From the NCBI GenBank assembly GCA_958295925.1, contig CATQHL010000001.1, positions 2,030,780 through 2,094,779 of the forward strand: 64,000 nt of DNA. The letters are read 5' to 3'. The translations under genes and the position numbers were made by a program. This document shows, piece after piece, positions 54,982-64,000 of this stretch. How positions within the stretch are numbered: position 1 is the stretch's first letter; every line of letters starts with the position of its first letter. Under the pieces are notes generated by a model. The model was given only the letters and a program-made list of their open reading frames with translations. It ran no database searches and was not told the DNA's origin. Origin of the DNA: an uncultured Acidimicrobiales bacterium. GTDB taxonomy: Bacteria > Actinomycetota > Acidimicrobiia > Acidimicrobiales > CATQHL01.

Positions 54982-55338
54982 TTGCTAAAGGAGATTCACG
55001 CAAACTTTGCCTGGCTCGCCATCATCGGGAACGGATTGGCTGGCGTCTGGTCGTTGCTGGCGCACTGGATTCGGCCTATGCGCATGCGCTCGCTGTGGTG
55101 GTTCGCCGCCTTTGCTCAGAGCCTGATGTTTATCCAGGTCGGGCTGGGTGTGGGCTTGGTGGCGGGGGAGGGCTTGCGGGTGGAGGGCTTCCACATGTTT
55201 TACGGGTTCATCGCCCTGGCGTTCGTGGCGATTCTGTTCAGCTATAGAAACCAGATGAGGCGTTGGAGGCATCTCCTCTACGGCTGGGGGAGCCTTTTCC
55301 TGATGGGGCTCGCCATCCGCGCCATGTCCGTAGGTTGA
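54982..55338 (+). CDS. small integral membrane protein, function unknown
   Basis: A 118-aa ORF with four hydrophobic helices, a TTG start and host-like composition. Confidence 0.5.
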   Translation: MLKEIHANFAWLAIIGNGLAGVWSLLAHWIRPMRMRSLWWFAAFAQSLMFIQVGLGVGLVAGEGLRVEGFHMFYGFIALAFVAILFSYRNQMRRWRHLLYGWGSLFLMGLAIRAMSVG

Positions 55339-55347
55339 GCCGGGGGC

Positions 55348-55371
55348 CTGCAGGGACGGTCAGCCCTGCAG
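55348..55371. terminator. hairpin between convergent genes (possible bidirectional, U-tract-less terminator)
   Basis: CTGCAGGG (55348-55355) pairs with CCCTGCAG (55364-55371) across an 8-nt loop that contains the pckG stop codon. There is no U tract. Confidence 0.3.
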
Positions 55372-57183
55372 CAGAGCCTCCAGCCTGTCCACTTCCTCCC
55401 AGAGACGTTTCGGCAGGCGATCTTCAAAGGACTCGTAGTGGTTGCGTATCAGCTTCAGCTCCTCGCCCCACACAGAGGTGTTCACACGCAGCAACTCCTC
55501 GAGGTCGGCAGCCGGAATGGGGAGACCGGAGAGATCAAGGGAGCCTGGGGCGGGCAGGAACCCCAAGGGTGTCTCTACAGACTTCGCCGTTCCCTCCACC
55601 GTTTCGACGATCCAGCGGAGCACGCGGGAGTTCTCGCTGAAGCCGGGCCAGAGGAACCGCCCGTCGTCGCCGCGTCTGAACCAGTTGACCCAGAAGATCC
55701 GGGGAAGCAGGCCCTGATCGGTTCGTTCCCCCATCTCCAGCCAGTGACCCATGTAGTCGCCAAGGTTGTATCCGCAGAACGGGCGAATGGCGAAAGGGTC
55801 GAAACGCACTTGTCCGACCTTCCCTGTGGCGGCGGCTGTGGTCTCCGAGCTCAGAATCGAACCCATGAATACCCCGTGCGCCCAACTGCGGGCGGCGGTT
55901 ACGAGCGGCCCTACGCTTCCCCTCCGCCCTCCGAAGATGATCGCCGACAGCGGTACGCCCTGAGGGTCTTCCCACTCTGGCGCAATTGAAGGGCACTGGG
56001 CGGCCGGGGCCGTGAAGCGGGCATTGGGATGCGCCGGAGGGTCTCCGGATTCAGGTGTCCAGGGCTCGCCATCCCAGGATGTCAGGTTGGGTGGCGGCGA
56101 GTCGGTCAAGTCCTGCCACCACACGTCGCCGTCCTCCGTGAGGGCGACGTTGGTGAAGATGCAGTTGCCCCCCAGGGAGGCCAGGGCGTTGTAGTTGGTC
56201 TTCGGGGAGGTGCCCGGGGCTATCCCGAAGAACCCGTTCTCGGGGTTGATGGCCCAAAGCCGCCCGTCTTCGCCGAAGCGCAGCCAGGCGATGTCGTCGC
56301 CCAGCGTCTCCACCTTCCAATCCCGCAGAGTCGGGATCATCATCGCCATGTTGGTCTTGCCGCAACCCGACGGGAACGCCGCTGCCACGTAGTGCTTTCT
56401 GCCTGCGGGCGAAGTGACCCCCAGGATGAGCATGTGCTCGGCCATCCAGCCCTCGTCGCGGGCGATGGCCGAGGCTATTCGCAGAGCCAGGCACTTCTTG
56501 CCCAACAATGCGTTGCCGCCGTAGCCGGATCCGAACGCCCAAATCTCGCGGGTTTCCGGGAAGTGGGCTATGTAGCGGTTCTCCGGGTTGCATGGCCAGG
56601 GGACGTCCTCCGAACTGGCCGTGAGGGGAGCCCCCACCGAGTGAATGCAGGGCACGAAGGAGTGGCCACCTTCGAGTTCGGAGATCACGTTGTCGCCAAT
56701 GCGTGTCATGATTCGGGAGTTGACCACCACGTACGGGGAGTCGGTGAGCTGTACGCCGATTTGCGAAAACGGCGACCCGATCGGCCCCATGCAGAACGGC
56801 ACGACATACATGCATCGGCCGCGCATCGCCCCGCGGAAGTGCTCGAGCATCTCCGATCTCAGCTCTGTGGGGTCGCGCCAGTTATTGGTGGGCCCCGCCT
56901 CATGCTGCGAGCGGGAGGCAATGAAGGTGCGGTTCTCCACCCTCGCCACGTCCGCCGGATGCGAGAGTGCCGCAAAGCTGTTCGGACGAAGTTCCCGGTT
57001 CAGCCTGCGAAACGTGCCGGAGGCCTCCAGCCTCCTGCAAAGGTGTTCGTACTCCGAGTCGCTTCCGCTGCACAGGTGCACGTCGTCGGGCGCCAGGACG
57101 GCGCGCCAAGCCTGCACCCAGCGCATCAGTTCCTTTCCAGGCACTGGCCCCCCAGGTGATATGTAGTCTCGATCTGAAGTCAT
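55360..57183 (-). CDS. pckG: phosphoenolpyruvate carboxykinase (GTP)
   Basis: A 607-aa protein with [26 protein letters not shown] and WVNWFR. Confidence 0.95.
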   Translation of the reverse strand: MTSDRDYISPGGPVPGKELMRWVQAWRAVLAPDDVHLCSGSDSEYEHLCRRLEASGTFRRLNRELRPNSFAALSHPADVARVENRTFIASRSQHEAGPTNNWRDPTELRSEMLEHFRGAMRGRCMYVVPFCMGPIGSPFSQIGVQLTDSPYVVVNSRIMTRIGDNVISELEGGHSFVPCIHSVGAPLTASSEDVPWPCNPENRYIAHFPETREIWAFGSGYGGNALLGKKCLALRIASAIARDEGWMAEHMLILGVTSPAGRKHYVAAAFPSGCGKTNMAMMIPTLRDWKVETLGDDIAWLRFGEDGRLWAINPENGFFGIAPGTSPKTNYNALASLGGNCIFTNVALTEDGDVWWQDLTDSPPPNLTSWDGEPWTPESGDPPAHPNARFTAPAAQCPSIAPEWEDPQGVPLSAIIFGGRRGSVGPLVTAARSWAHGVFMGSILSSETTAAATGKVGQVRFDPFAIRPFCGYNLGDYMGHWLEMGERTDQGLLPRIFWVNWFRRGDDGRFLWPGFSENSRVLRWIVETVEGTAKSVETPLGFLPAPGSLDLSGLPIPAADLEELLRVNTSVWGEELKLIRNHYESFEDRLPKRLWEEVDRLEALLQG

Positions 57184-57255
57184 GAATTGGGAACAGGCTA
57201 AGAGTTGTAGACGGCGGAAAGGATTCCAGACGGGACTAACGGCTGGCTGAGACGG

Positions 57256-57483
57256 CTAGCGGAGATGGGAGGGTGTGCCCATGTCGGTTTCGCTGCCAAG
57301 GCGCAAGGAGGTTGCGAATCCCTCTTCGTCGAGATCGAAGACGATGCGCTGGCCCTGGCGCAGAAATCGGAACATCGACCCCATCAAGGCGCTGGGCGCA
57401 ATCTCAATCTCGGCGAAATCGGTGTCGCGCATAATCACCCCGTCGCCCGAGGACGGATCAAAAGACTTCACGACTCCTTGCAT
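57256..57483 (-). CDS. cold-shock-domain-like small protein (divergent)
   Basis: MQGVVKSFDPSSGDGVI... has OB/CSD-like spacing but lacks the canonical KGFGFI RNP motif. ATG 57483 follows GGAAGAGG. Confidence 0.5.
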   Translation of the reverse strand: MQGVVKSFDPSSGDGVIMRDTDFAEIEIAPSALMGSMFRFLRQGQRIVFDLDEEGFATSLRLGSETDMGTPSHLR

Positions 57484-57538
57484 GCAAGCCTCTTCCCCGC
57501 GCAGGATGGAGAAACCCTGTCGCGTATAATTCTTCCGA

Positions 57539-59170
57539 ATGTCGGCCATTCAAGCATTCGACGCCTCCCACTTGAACTTGGCGATGCGCCGTTACTACCA
57601 GGCTCTCACGGAGCATAGGGCTTACCTGAACTCGCTCAACGTATATCCGGTTCCCGACGGCGACACCGGTACAAACATGGCACTCACGCTCAAGTCGGTT
57701 GTGGATGCGCTCGGAGACCCTGAAGAAGCCGGGTTCGCCGAGTCGTTGGAGTCGGTTTGCAGGACGATCGGCGAGTCCTCCCTGATGGGTGCGCGGGGCA
57801 ACTCCGGGGTGATTCTCTCACAGATCCTGAGGTCTCTGTGCACCGAGTTGGCCGATGTCGAGAGCGTGGACGCCAAACGCCTCGCGGCAGCCTTGAATTC
57901 TTCCGCCAAAGCCGCCTACGGGGCTGTCCTGCGTCCTGTGGAGGGGACGATTCTTACGGTCGTGCGCCACCTTGCGGCGGCCGCCGAGGAGGCGGCTTCG
58001 GCGAGCGACGATCTGCCGGGGATGCTTGAGCGCTCCCTCGAGGCTGGCCGGAAGAGCCTGGAGAGGACACCCGATCTGCTCGAGGTGCTGCGCCTTGCCG
58101 GGGTGGTGGACGCAGGGGGGGCAGGCCTTCTGCTGCTGATTGAGGCGCTGCTCTGCGTGGCTGACGGCAGGGGGCTGTCGAAGGCGCCGGAGGTGGGGGG
58201 GATCGTGATGGCGTTAGAGCCGCCGGGCGCTGTGGCCCACGACGAGTCCTCGGTGGCAGATCTCCGCTATGAGGTGATGTTTCTGCTTTCCAGCGACGAC
58301 GAGCACGTAGCCCGCTTTCAGGAGCGCTGGCAGGAGGTCGGGGACTCCATAGTGGTGGTGGGCGGGGACGGTCTCTGGAACTGCCATATCCACACCGACG
58401 ACATCGGGGCGGCCATCGAGGCCGGAATCGAGGCTGGTCGTCCCCGCCGGATTGAGGTCACCGACCTGCACGAGCAGGTTGCGCACACCGAGCACGTGGC
58501 CCCCCCTCAGCGCAAGACCAGCGGGGTGGTGGCGGTGGCCGCCGGGGACGGGGTTCGGGGCCTCTTCGAAGCGCTCGGGGCGGAGGAGGTGGTAACCGGT
58601 GGCCAGACGATGAACCCGCCGACGCTTGCGCTGAAGGAGGCTGCGGAGCGTCTGGCGGCAGACGAGGTTCTAGTGCTTCCGAACAACAAGAACGTCATCG
58701 CCGCTGCGAAGCAGGTCGGCGAGCTCACCGACAAGAAAATCGTGGTCGTGCCCACGTCGAGCGTTCCAGAGGGGCTTTCGGCGATGTTGGCCTTTGACGC
58801 AGACAGCGGAGCCGAGGAAAATGGCGAGGTCATGCTTTCGATGGCGGCCGACGTGGTTCACGGAGAGGTCACCCGGGCGGTGCGCAGCGCCAGGACGCCG
58901 ATGGGCGACGTCGCCGAGGGCGATTTCATGGGCATTAGCGCAGGGGAGGTGCGCGTGGTTCGGCAGAGCCTTGTCGAGGCGACCTGCGGTCTGCTGGCTG
59001 AACTGGTCTCCCCAGATCACGAACTCGTAACCCTGGTGGCAGGGGCGGACGCGGGCGACGATGAGACGGAAGAGGTGCGGTCGTGGCTGGAGGGGAACCG
59101 TCCCGACGTTGAGCTGGACCTGCACGTCGGCGGCCAGCCGCTCTACCACTACTACATAGGCGTCGAGTAG
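57539..59170 (+). CDS. DAK2-domain fusion protein YloV-like
   Basis: LNVYPVPDGDTGTNM, GARGNSGVILSQ and a C-terminal DegV-like half. It occupies the usual position upstream of recG. Confidence 0.85.
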   Translation: MSAIQAFDASHLNLAMRRYYQALTEHRAYLNSLNVYPVPDGDTGTNMALTLKSVVDALGDPEEAGFAESLESVCRTIGESSLMGARGNSGVILSQILRSLCTELADVESVDAKRLAAALNSSAKAAYGAVLRPVEGTILTVVRHLAAAAEEAASASDDLPGMLERSLEAGRKSLERTPDLLEVLRLAGVVDAGGAGLLLLIEALLCVADGRGLSKAPEVGGIVMALEPPGAVAHDESSVADLRYEVMFLLSSDDEHVARFQERWQEVGDSIVVVGGDGLWNCHIHTDDIGAAIEAGIEAGRPRRIEVTDLHEQVAHTEHVAPPQRKTSGVVAVAAGDGVRGLFEALGAEEVVTGGQTMNPPTLALKEAAERLAADEVLVLPNNKNVIAAAKQVGELTDKKIVVVPTSSVPEGLSAMLAFDADSGAEENGEVMLSMAADVVHGEVTRAVRSARTPMGDVAEGDFMGISAGEVRVVRQSLVEATCGLLAELVSPDHELVTLVAGADAGDDETEEVRSWLEGNRPDVELDLHVGGQPLYHYYIGVE

Positions 59171-59209
59171 CTGCAAACCCCCAAGCCTCCCCTCACTTGC
59201 CGTGATCTG

Positions 59210-61369
59210 GTGGGGCTCCGTCTGTCGTTGTTGGGAACCACAAGGCAGCGTCGGCTGGCACCAGGCCTGGAATCGCTGGGGCTGGGGAGCGTCTGGGATC
59301 TGCTCACGTGGTATCCGCGCCGCTATCTGGATCGCGAAAAGGTCACGACGATTTCGGAGCTCGTCGCTGGGAGGGAAAGCATGATCCTGGTGACGGTTTC
59401 CAGCGTCAGGAGCGTTCCTGGGATGAAGGGGAGAAAGGCGAGGGTTGAGGTCAAGGTTCTGGACGCAGAGGGGGTGTCGCTTCAGTGCGTCTTCTTTAAC
59501 CAGACATGGCGTGAACGCCAGCTCAGGGCGGGGACGGACATGACTATCTCGGGGAAGATGGAGTTCTTCCGCAGACAGCGCCAGATGGTCAACCCTGTTG
59601 TCGATCTGGTGGGCCGCTCGCAAGCAAGCATCCCCATCTACCCGCAGTCGGCCCGGTCCGGACTGACCAGCGAGGACTTCGCCCTGATGGTCGATGAGGC
59701 TCTGCGCCGCTGCTCGACAAGGGGCATCGCCGATCCCGTGCCGCGGCAAACCCTTGACCGATTGAGCCTCTGCAGCAGATGGGACGCCTTTGTCAACATC
59801 CACACCTCCCACGACGTGCAGGAGCGCGAGAGGGCAAGGAAACGGCTGGTCTTCGACGAACTTCTTCGCATGCAGCTCGCACTGGCGGTGCGTCGAGAGG
59901 AGGCCCGGTCCTTGGGGAGTGTCCAGCATTCGATTCCCAAGGGGCTGCTCGTGCAGTTTCGCGTCAGTCTGCCTTTCGAGTTCACCAAAGCCCAGGAAAA
60001 GGCGACAGGGGAGATTCTCGGGGACATGGCCCGGAACGAGCCCATGCAGCGCCTGCTGCACGGGGAGGTCGGCTCCGGCAAGACCGTCGTGGCCCTCGCC
60101 GCGATGCTGGTGGCCGCGGGCGGGGGGCATCAGGCGGCGCTTATGGCCCCCACGGAGGTCTTGGCGGAGCAGCATTTTGCCAACCTCACCGATCTGCTCT
60201 CAGGGGGGCTCGCCCGGGGATTCGGAGGGGGGGCGCAGGCCGCAGGGGGAAGGGGCCTGCAGACCGCGCGCTGGGGTGTCAACCTGGATCTGCTCACCGG
60301 CAGGAGCAGGCCAGAGGCCCGTCGCAGGGTGATTTCGGGGCTGGCCTCGGGAGAGGTGGACATGGTCGTGGGCACCCACGCCCTAATCGCAGAGGGCGTG
60401 GAATTCCGTTCCCTGGGGTTGGCCGTGATCGACGAGCAGCACCGCTTCGGGGTTGAGCAGCGAGCGGCCCTGCGCTCAAAGAGCGCCTCGGGCGCGCCTC
60501 CTGACGTTTTGGTGATGACTGCCACGCCCATCCCCCGGACAACGGCAATGACCGTCTACGGCGACCTGGACGTCTCCAGGCTGGACGAGATGCCGAAGGG
60601 GCGGCCTGGCGTTACCACCAAGGCGATCTGGACTTTGAACGAGGTCGGCGAGGTCTGGGAGCATCTGAGAAGGGAGGTGGAGGCTGGGCGACAGGCGTAC
60701 GTGGTGTGCCCCGTTATCTCCGAGTCGGACACCTTGGAGACGGCGGCCGCAGAAAAGGTTCATGCCGCCCTTGAGGGGGATCAGTTGTCAGGGCTGCGGC
60801 TGGGTCTGCTGCACGGGCGCGTGCGGGCCGCGGAGCGGGAAAGGGTGATGCGGGAGTTTAGGGAGGGCAGGCTTGCCGTAATGGTTGCCACCACGATGAT
60901 CGAGGTGGGGGTGGACGTTCCCAATGCGACCGTGATGGTGATCCTGGGCGCCGACCGGTTCGGCATAGCCCAGCTCCACCAGCTTCGGGGAAGGGTGGGA
61001 CGGGGCGATCACCGTGGCTGTTGCTACCTGGTGAGCGGAGACCCGGTTACGGGACTCGGGCTGGGGCTGGTGCCCTTGGACTCGTCCACGGGCAATCCCC
61101 GCATTGAGGCTCTTGTGCAGCACTCCGACGGGTTTGAGTTGGCCGAGATCGACCTCGAGCTGCGCGGCGAGGGCACCTTGATGTCGGAGAGGCAGACGGG
61201 GAGCAGCGACCTGAGGCTGGCCTCCCTGCGCCGGGACTTTGAATGGGTCAAGCACGCCAGGGACGTGGCTCAAGATCTCGTGCGCAACGGGCCGCTGCCC
61301 GACGCCCTGCGCGACGAACTGGACGCCTGCGTGTCTGCGGGCGAGGCGGAATTCCTGGAAAAGGCGTAG
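59210..61369 (+). CDS. recG: ATP-dependent DNA helicase RecG
   Basis: Wedge domain, FEFTKAQ, GEVGSGKT, VIDEQHRFGV, MTATPIPRT and LHQLRGRVGRG. Confidence 0.95.
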   Translation: MGLRLSLLGTTRQRRLAPGLESLGLGSVWDLLTWYPRRYLDREKVTTISELVAGRESMILVTVSSVRSVPGMKGRKARVEVKVLDAEGVSLQCVFFNQTWRERQLRAGTDMTISGKMEFFRRQRQMVNPVVDLVGRSQASIPIYPQSARSGLTSEDFALMVDEALRRCSTRGIADPVPRQTLDRLSLCSRWDAFVNIHTSHDVQERERARKRLVFDELLRMQLALAVRREEARSLGSVQHSIPKGLLVQFRVSLPFEFTKAQEKATGEILGDMARNEPMQRLLHGEVGSGKTVVALAAMLVAAGGGHQAALMAPTEVLAEQHFANLTDLLSGGLARGFGGGAQAAGGRGLQTARWGVNLDLLTGRSRPEARRRVISGLASGEVDMVVGTHALIAEGVEFRSLGLAVIDEQHRFGVEQRAALRSKSASGAPPDVLVMTATPIPRTTAMTVYGDLDVSRLDEMPKGRPGVTTKAIWTLNEVGEVWEHLRREVEAGRQAYVVCPVISESDTLETAAAEKVHAALEGDQLSGLRLGLLHGRVRAAERERVMREFREGRLAVMVATTMIEVGVDVPNATVMVILGADRFGIAQLHQLRGRVGRGDHRGCCYLVSGDPVTGLGLGLVPLDSSTGNPRIEALVQHSDGFELAEIDLELRGEGTLMSERQTGSSDLRLASLRRDFEWVKHARDVAQDLVRNGPLPDALRDELDACVSAGEAEFLEKA

Positions 61370-61411
61370 CCGAGCCACCAGTGTCATGCATTACGGAGCG
61401 ACAATAGGAGC

Positions 61412-62065
61412 GTGGAGGAACTGGTGGGGGAGGCCGTGAGCGCCCTAAAGCCCAGCGAACAGGCCCGGTTGGCGGAGGTGCGTCGCATCGGGACGGAGCG
61501 GGTGGGGGAAATATGCCACACCCTCTCTGAAGCCTTTGCCGGAGACCCCTTCACCCGCTGGGTGTTCGGGGGGGAGGCCGATCCGTCCGCCCTGCTGCGG
61601 TGGTGGGAGTTCCTGGTGATCCACGCCCCGCCCGGCAGCGAGTTTCATGTGAGCGGCGATCTGGCGGGGGTGGCTGTCTGGCACCCCCCAGGGGTGGGCC
61701 CCGTCGAGGTGGGGTCCTCCCTGCGCTTTAGAAAGTTGATCGAGTCGCTGCTGGGCGGGCGGGCGGGGGAGGCGCTGTTTGTGTTCTCCAGGCTCACGAG
61801 GCGTAAACCAGTCGAGGCGCACTGGCATCTGGCTGTGTTGGGCGTCCTGCCGCACCGTCAGAACAGCGGGCTCGGATCCAAGCTGCTGGTGCCCATGCTG
61901 GCGCGCTGCGACAGTACGGGGACTCCCGCCTATCTGGAGTCGAGCAATCCTCGCAACCTGGGCTTTTACGAGCGAGCTGGTTTTCGAACCGTGGGGAGTT
62001 TCCGCTACTCGATCGACAGTCCGCCTCTTTCGCTCATGTGGCGAGATCCCAGCCCGGCGCAGTGA
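61412..62065 (+). CDS. GNAT-family N-acetyltransferase
   Basis: HLAVLGVLPHRQNSGLGSKLL (acetyl-CoA loop) and NLGFYERAGF. The start is uncertain. Confidence 0.7.
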   Translation: MEELVGEAVSALKPSEQARLAEVRRIGTERVGEICHTLSEAFAGDPFTRWVFGGEADPSALLRWWEFLVIHAPPGSEFHVSGDLAGVAVWHPPGVGPVEVGSSLRFRKLIESLLGGRAGEALFVFSRLTRRKPVEAHWHLAVLGVLPHRQNSGLGSKLLVPMLARCDSTGTPAYLESSNPRNLGFYERAGFRTVGSFRYSIDSPPLSLMWRDPSPAQ

Positions 62066-62661
62066 CGCGCATAATCGCCGGCACGGCGGGAGGAAGACGA
62101 CTGAGGGTGCCCAAGGGACGAGTGGTGAGACCGACCACCGACCGTTCCAGGGAGGCCATCTTCTCAGCCTTGGGCAGCAGGGCGCCCCTCCAAGGGGCCA
62201 CAGTGCTGGACGCCTTTGCCGGCAGCGGGGCGCTGGGGCTGGAGGCGCTTTCGCGGGGCGCGGCGCGCGCCGTCTTCGTGGAGCGGAACGCAACCTGCCG
62301 GGAGGTTCTTCGCTCCAACGTCTCCGCGCTTGGGTTCGAGGATCGGGCCGAGGTGGTGTGCGCCAATGTTCTGGGCTGGCTGGAGAGGCTCAGGGGCGAC
62401 AGCGATTGCGATAATGACGAAGCAGGGGCTGCTTGCATTTACGATGTTGCATTCTGCGATCCGCCGTACAGCTTCGCCGACTGGGACCGCCTGATGGAGA
62501 TCCTGCCGGCGCTTGTGCTGGTGGCGGAGTCGGACAGGCCCGTGGCTGGAAACCCCGAGGCTGGAGATGAGAAGTCCAAGACGAGGTGGAGAGTGACATA
62601 TGAGAAGAAAGTCGGGAGAACCGTCGTTCAGCTGGCGACTCGAGTGTTTGACCAGGCGTAG
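62062..62661 (+). CDS. rsmD: 16S rRNA (guanine966-N2)-methyltransferase
   Basis: RIIAGTAGGRRL, RPTTDRSREAIFS, LDAFAGSGALGLEALSRGA and FCDPPY. GTG 62062 forms a GTGA overlap with the GNAT stop. Confidence 0.85.
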   Translation: MTRIIAGTAGGRRLRVPKGRVVRPTTDRSREAIFSALGSRAPLQGATVLDAFAGSGALGLEALSRGAARAVFVERNATCREVLRSNVSALGFEDRAEVVCANVLGWLERLRGDSDCDNDEAGAACIYDVAFCDPPYSFADWDRLMEILPALVLVAESDRPVAGNPEAGDEKSKTRWRVTYEKKVGRTVVQLATRVFDQA

Positions 62662-62675
62662 AGCAGGCTGAAGGC

Positions 62676-63158
62676 ATGATCCGAGTCCTCTATCCGGGAT
62701 CATTTGATCCTGTTCACAATGGCCATGTGGAGGTGGCTGAGCTCGCCTGCAAGCTCTTCGACGAGGTCGTGGTTGCGGCAATGCGCAATCCTGAGAAGGG
62801 GGAGCCCCTGTTTTCCACCGAGGAGCGCGAGGCAATGCTGATCGAGTCGTTCTCGCACCTCCCAAACCTGAGGGTGACGATGTTTGCGGAGTTGGTTGTC
62901 ACGCTGGCAAGGCGCGAGAAGGCTAACTTCATAGTAAAAGGCCTGAGGGCGGTGAGCGATTTCGAAAGCGAGTTGCAGATGGCTCAAACAAACAAGGTGC
63001 TGGCGGGTGTGGACACGGTGTTTCTGCCGTCTACGTCCTCGAGCTCCTTCGTCGCATCCAAATTCATTCGTCAGATCGCCCGGCTGGGCGGGGACGTGAC
63101 CAGCATGGTCCCGTCCCCGGTTGCCGGCAGGCTGCAGCTGAGGTGGCCGCGGCCGTGA
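62676..63158 (+). CDS. coaD: pantetheine-phosphate adenylyltransferase
   Basis: YPGSFDPVHNGHVE, VKGLRAVSDFE and SSSFV. Confidence 0.95.
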   Translation: MIRVLYPGSFDPVHNGHVEVAELACKLFDEVVVAAMRNPEKGEPLFSTEEREAMLIESFSHLPNLRVTMFAELVVTLARREKANFIVKGLRAVSDFESELQMAQTNKVLAGVDTVFLPSTSSSSFVASKFIRQIARLGGDVTSMVPSPVAGRLQLRWPRP

Positions 63159-63763
63159 GCGATTTCCCAGGGGACTTCCCCGAAGAGCAGAGGGAGGAGG
63201 CGCCGGATGAGGGCGAGCTCACCGATGTCGCCCCGGACGCCGTCGCAAACGTGGAGAAGATCCTGGCAGACCTCTACGTGTACATAAGCGATGCCCGGGC
63301 AACCTCGATGTCGACGGCTCTCCGCATCGACCGCGACTATGTGCTGCGCATGATCCAAAGCGCCCGCAGCATGCTTCCCGTCGCCTTGCGAAGTGCGCGC
63401 TGGCTCATCAAGGAGCGTGACGTCTACCTGGCCAGGGCGCGCCGCGACGCTGACGCTGTTGTCGAGCAGGCCTCCGTGGAGGCTGCGCGGATGGTCGACC
63501 GCACTCAGGTGGTGATGCAGGCCCGTCGCAGCGCCCAGGAGATAGTGGATGAGGCCGAGGATCGCGAACGGATGCGCCGTCACGAGGTCGACGACTACTG
63601 CGATCGGCAGCTTGCCCGCTTCCAGAACTCGCTGATGAAGGCCATGGAGACCGTAGCGGAGGCGCGGAGGAGGCTTCAAGGCGAAACCGAGCCGGAAACC
63701 CAGGAACAGTCCCAGCAGGAGCCGCCTCGGCGCGAAGGGTTTTTTGATCAGGATCAGGTCTGA
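63155..63763 (+). CDS. charged coiled-coil protein of unknown function
   Basis: A roughly 200-aa ORF rich in R/E/A heptad-like sequence. GTG 63155 forms a GTGA overlap with the coaD stop. I recognised no motif. Confidence 0.5.
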   Translation: MSDFPGDFPEEQREEAPDEGELTDVAPDAVANVEKILADLYVYISDARATSMSTALRIDRDYVLRMIQSARSMLPVALRSARWLIKERDVYLARARRDADAVVEQASVEAARMVDRTQVVMQARRSAQEIVDEAEDRERMRRHEVDDYCDRQLARFQNSLMKAMETVAEARRRLQGETEPETQEQSQQEPPRREGFFDQDQV

Positions 63764-63768
63764 GCGAC

Positions 63769-64000
63769 ATGACTTCCGGCAGGCACGGACGTAGTCAATT
63801 TGCACACCCTGTCGGCGATCTCCTAGCGCATCCCGGCCGCCGTCGCCACATGAGAGGGGTGCACGTCCTTGAGGCGCTGGTCGTGGGGGATTCCCGGCTG
63901 GCCGACGAATCGGTGGAGCTTGATCTGACTTTGACCTGCCGCGGCAACAAGGTGGTGGTTTCGGGGGGCGTGCGGGCGAGGTGGATGCTGATCTGCCGTC
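63769..64000 (+). CDS. DUF177/YceD-family protein, 3'-truncated by window edge
   Basis: My own translation from ATG 63769 gives MTSGRHGRSQFAHPVGDLL...VELDLTLTCRGNKVVVSGGVRARWMLICR, which runs open to the window end. The layout matches a YceD N-terminal region, and the position downstream of coaD is typical. Confidence 0.65.
   Translation, partial: MTSGRHGRSQFAHPVGDLLAHPGRRRHMRGVHVLEALVVGDSRLADESVELDLTLTCRGNKVVVSGGVRARWMLICR

Noticed and set aside
1-64000. Search for tRNA, rRNA, riboswitch-like leaders and CRISPR arrays in all intergenic gaps. The largest gaps are 7975-8091, 18340-18718, 42515-42670, 47370-47520 and 51489-51686.
   Set aside because: I found no T-loop/cloverleaf-like sequence, no rRNA-like stretch and no regularly spaced repeats. 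A covariance-model scan (tRNAscan-SE, Infernal/Rfam) would be needed to exclude small ncRNAs.

Overview
High-GC (by eye about two-thirds G+C) actinobacterial-type chromosomal segment. Supporting markers are NucS, MurT/GatD, GTP-dependent PEPCK, a YloV-RecG-RsmD-CoaD-YceD housekeeping block, many ATGA/GTGA start-stop overlaps and leaderless-looking promoters. I call about 58 protein-coding genes. I recognised no rRNA, tRNA, CRISPR array, integrase or transposase. Layout: 1-8 kb holds lactone/sugar-acid-type catabolic genes. 8.1-10.1 kb holds a muconolactone-isomerase-like gene and fhs. 10.1-18.4 kb is a compositionally mosaic accessory region with two conspicuous low-GC patches. It contains a gamma-class N6-adenine DNA methyltransferase, an AbiL-like ABC-type ATPase + RloB pair, a second full-length ATPase paralog with no RloB, an orphan Mo-hydroxylase large subunit sandwiched between the two paralogs, and a SAM-methyltransferase::Mug-glycosylase fusion. 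18.7-39.2 kb is a large catabolic supercluster: Mo-hydroxylase L+S, YlbE/DUF1116, M20 amidohydrolase, three luciferase-like monooxygenases, a GMC dehydrogenase, an alpha/beta hydrolase, a BMP-type ABC importer and hydantoinase A/B. 39-64 kb is mostly housekeeping. The best candidate for an undescribed system is the 10.1-18.4 kb neighbourhood: methyltransferase, ATPase-RloB, orphan ATPase and MTase-Mug. All family calls come from motif reading by eye; no database search was run.
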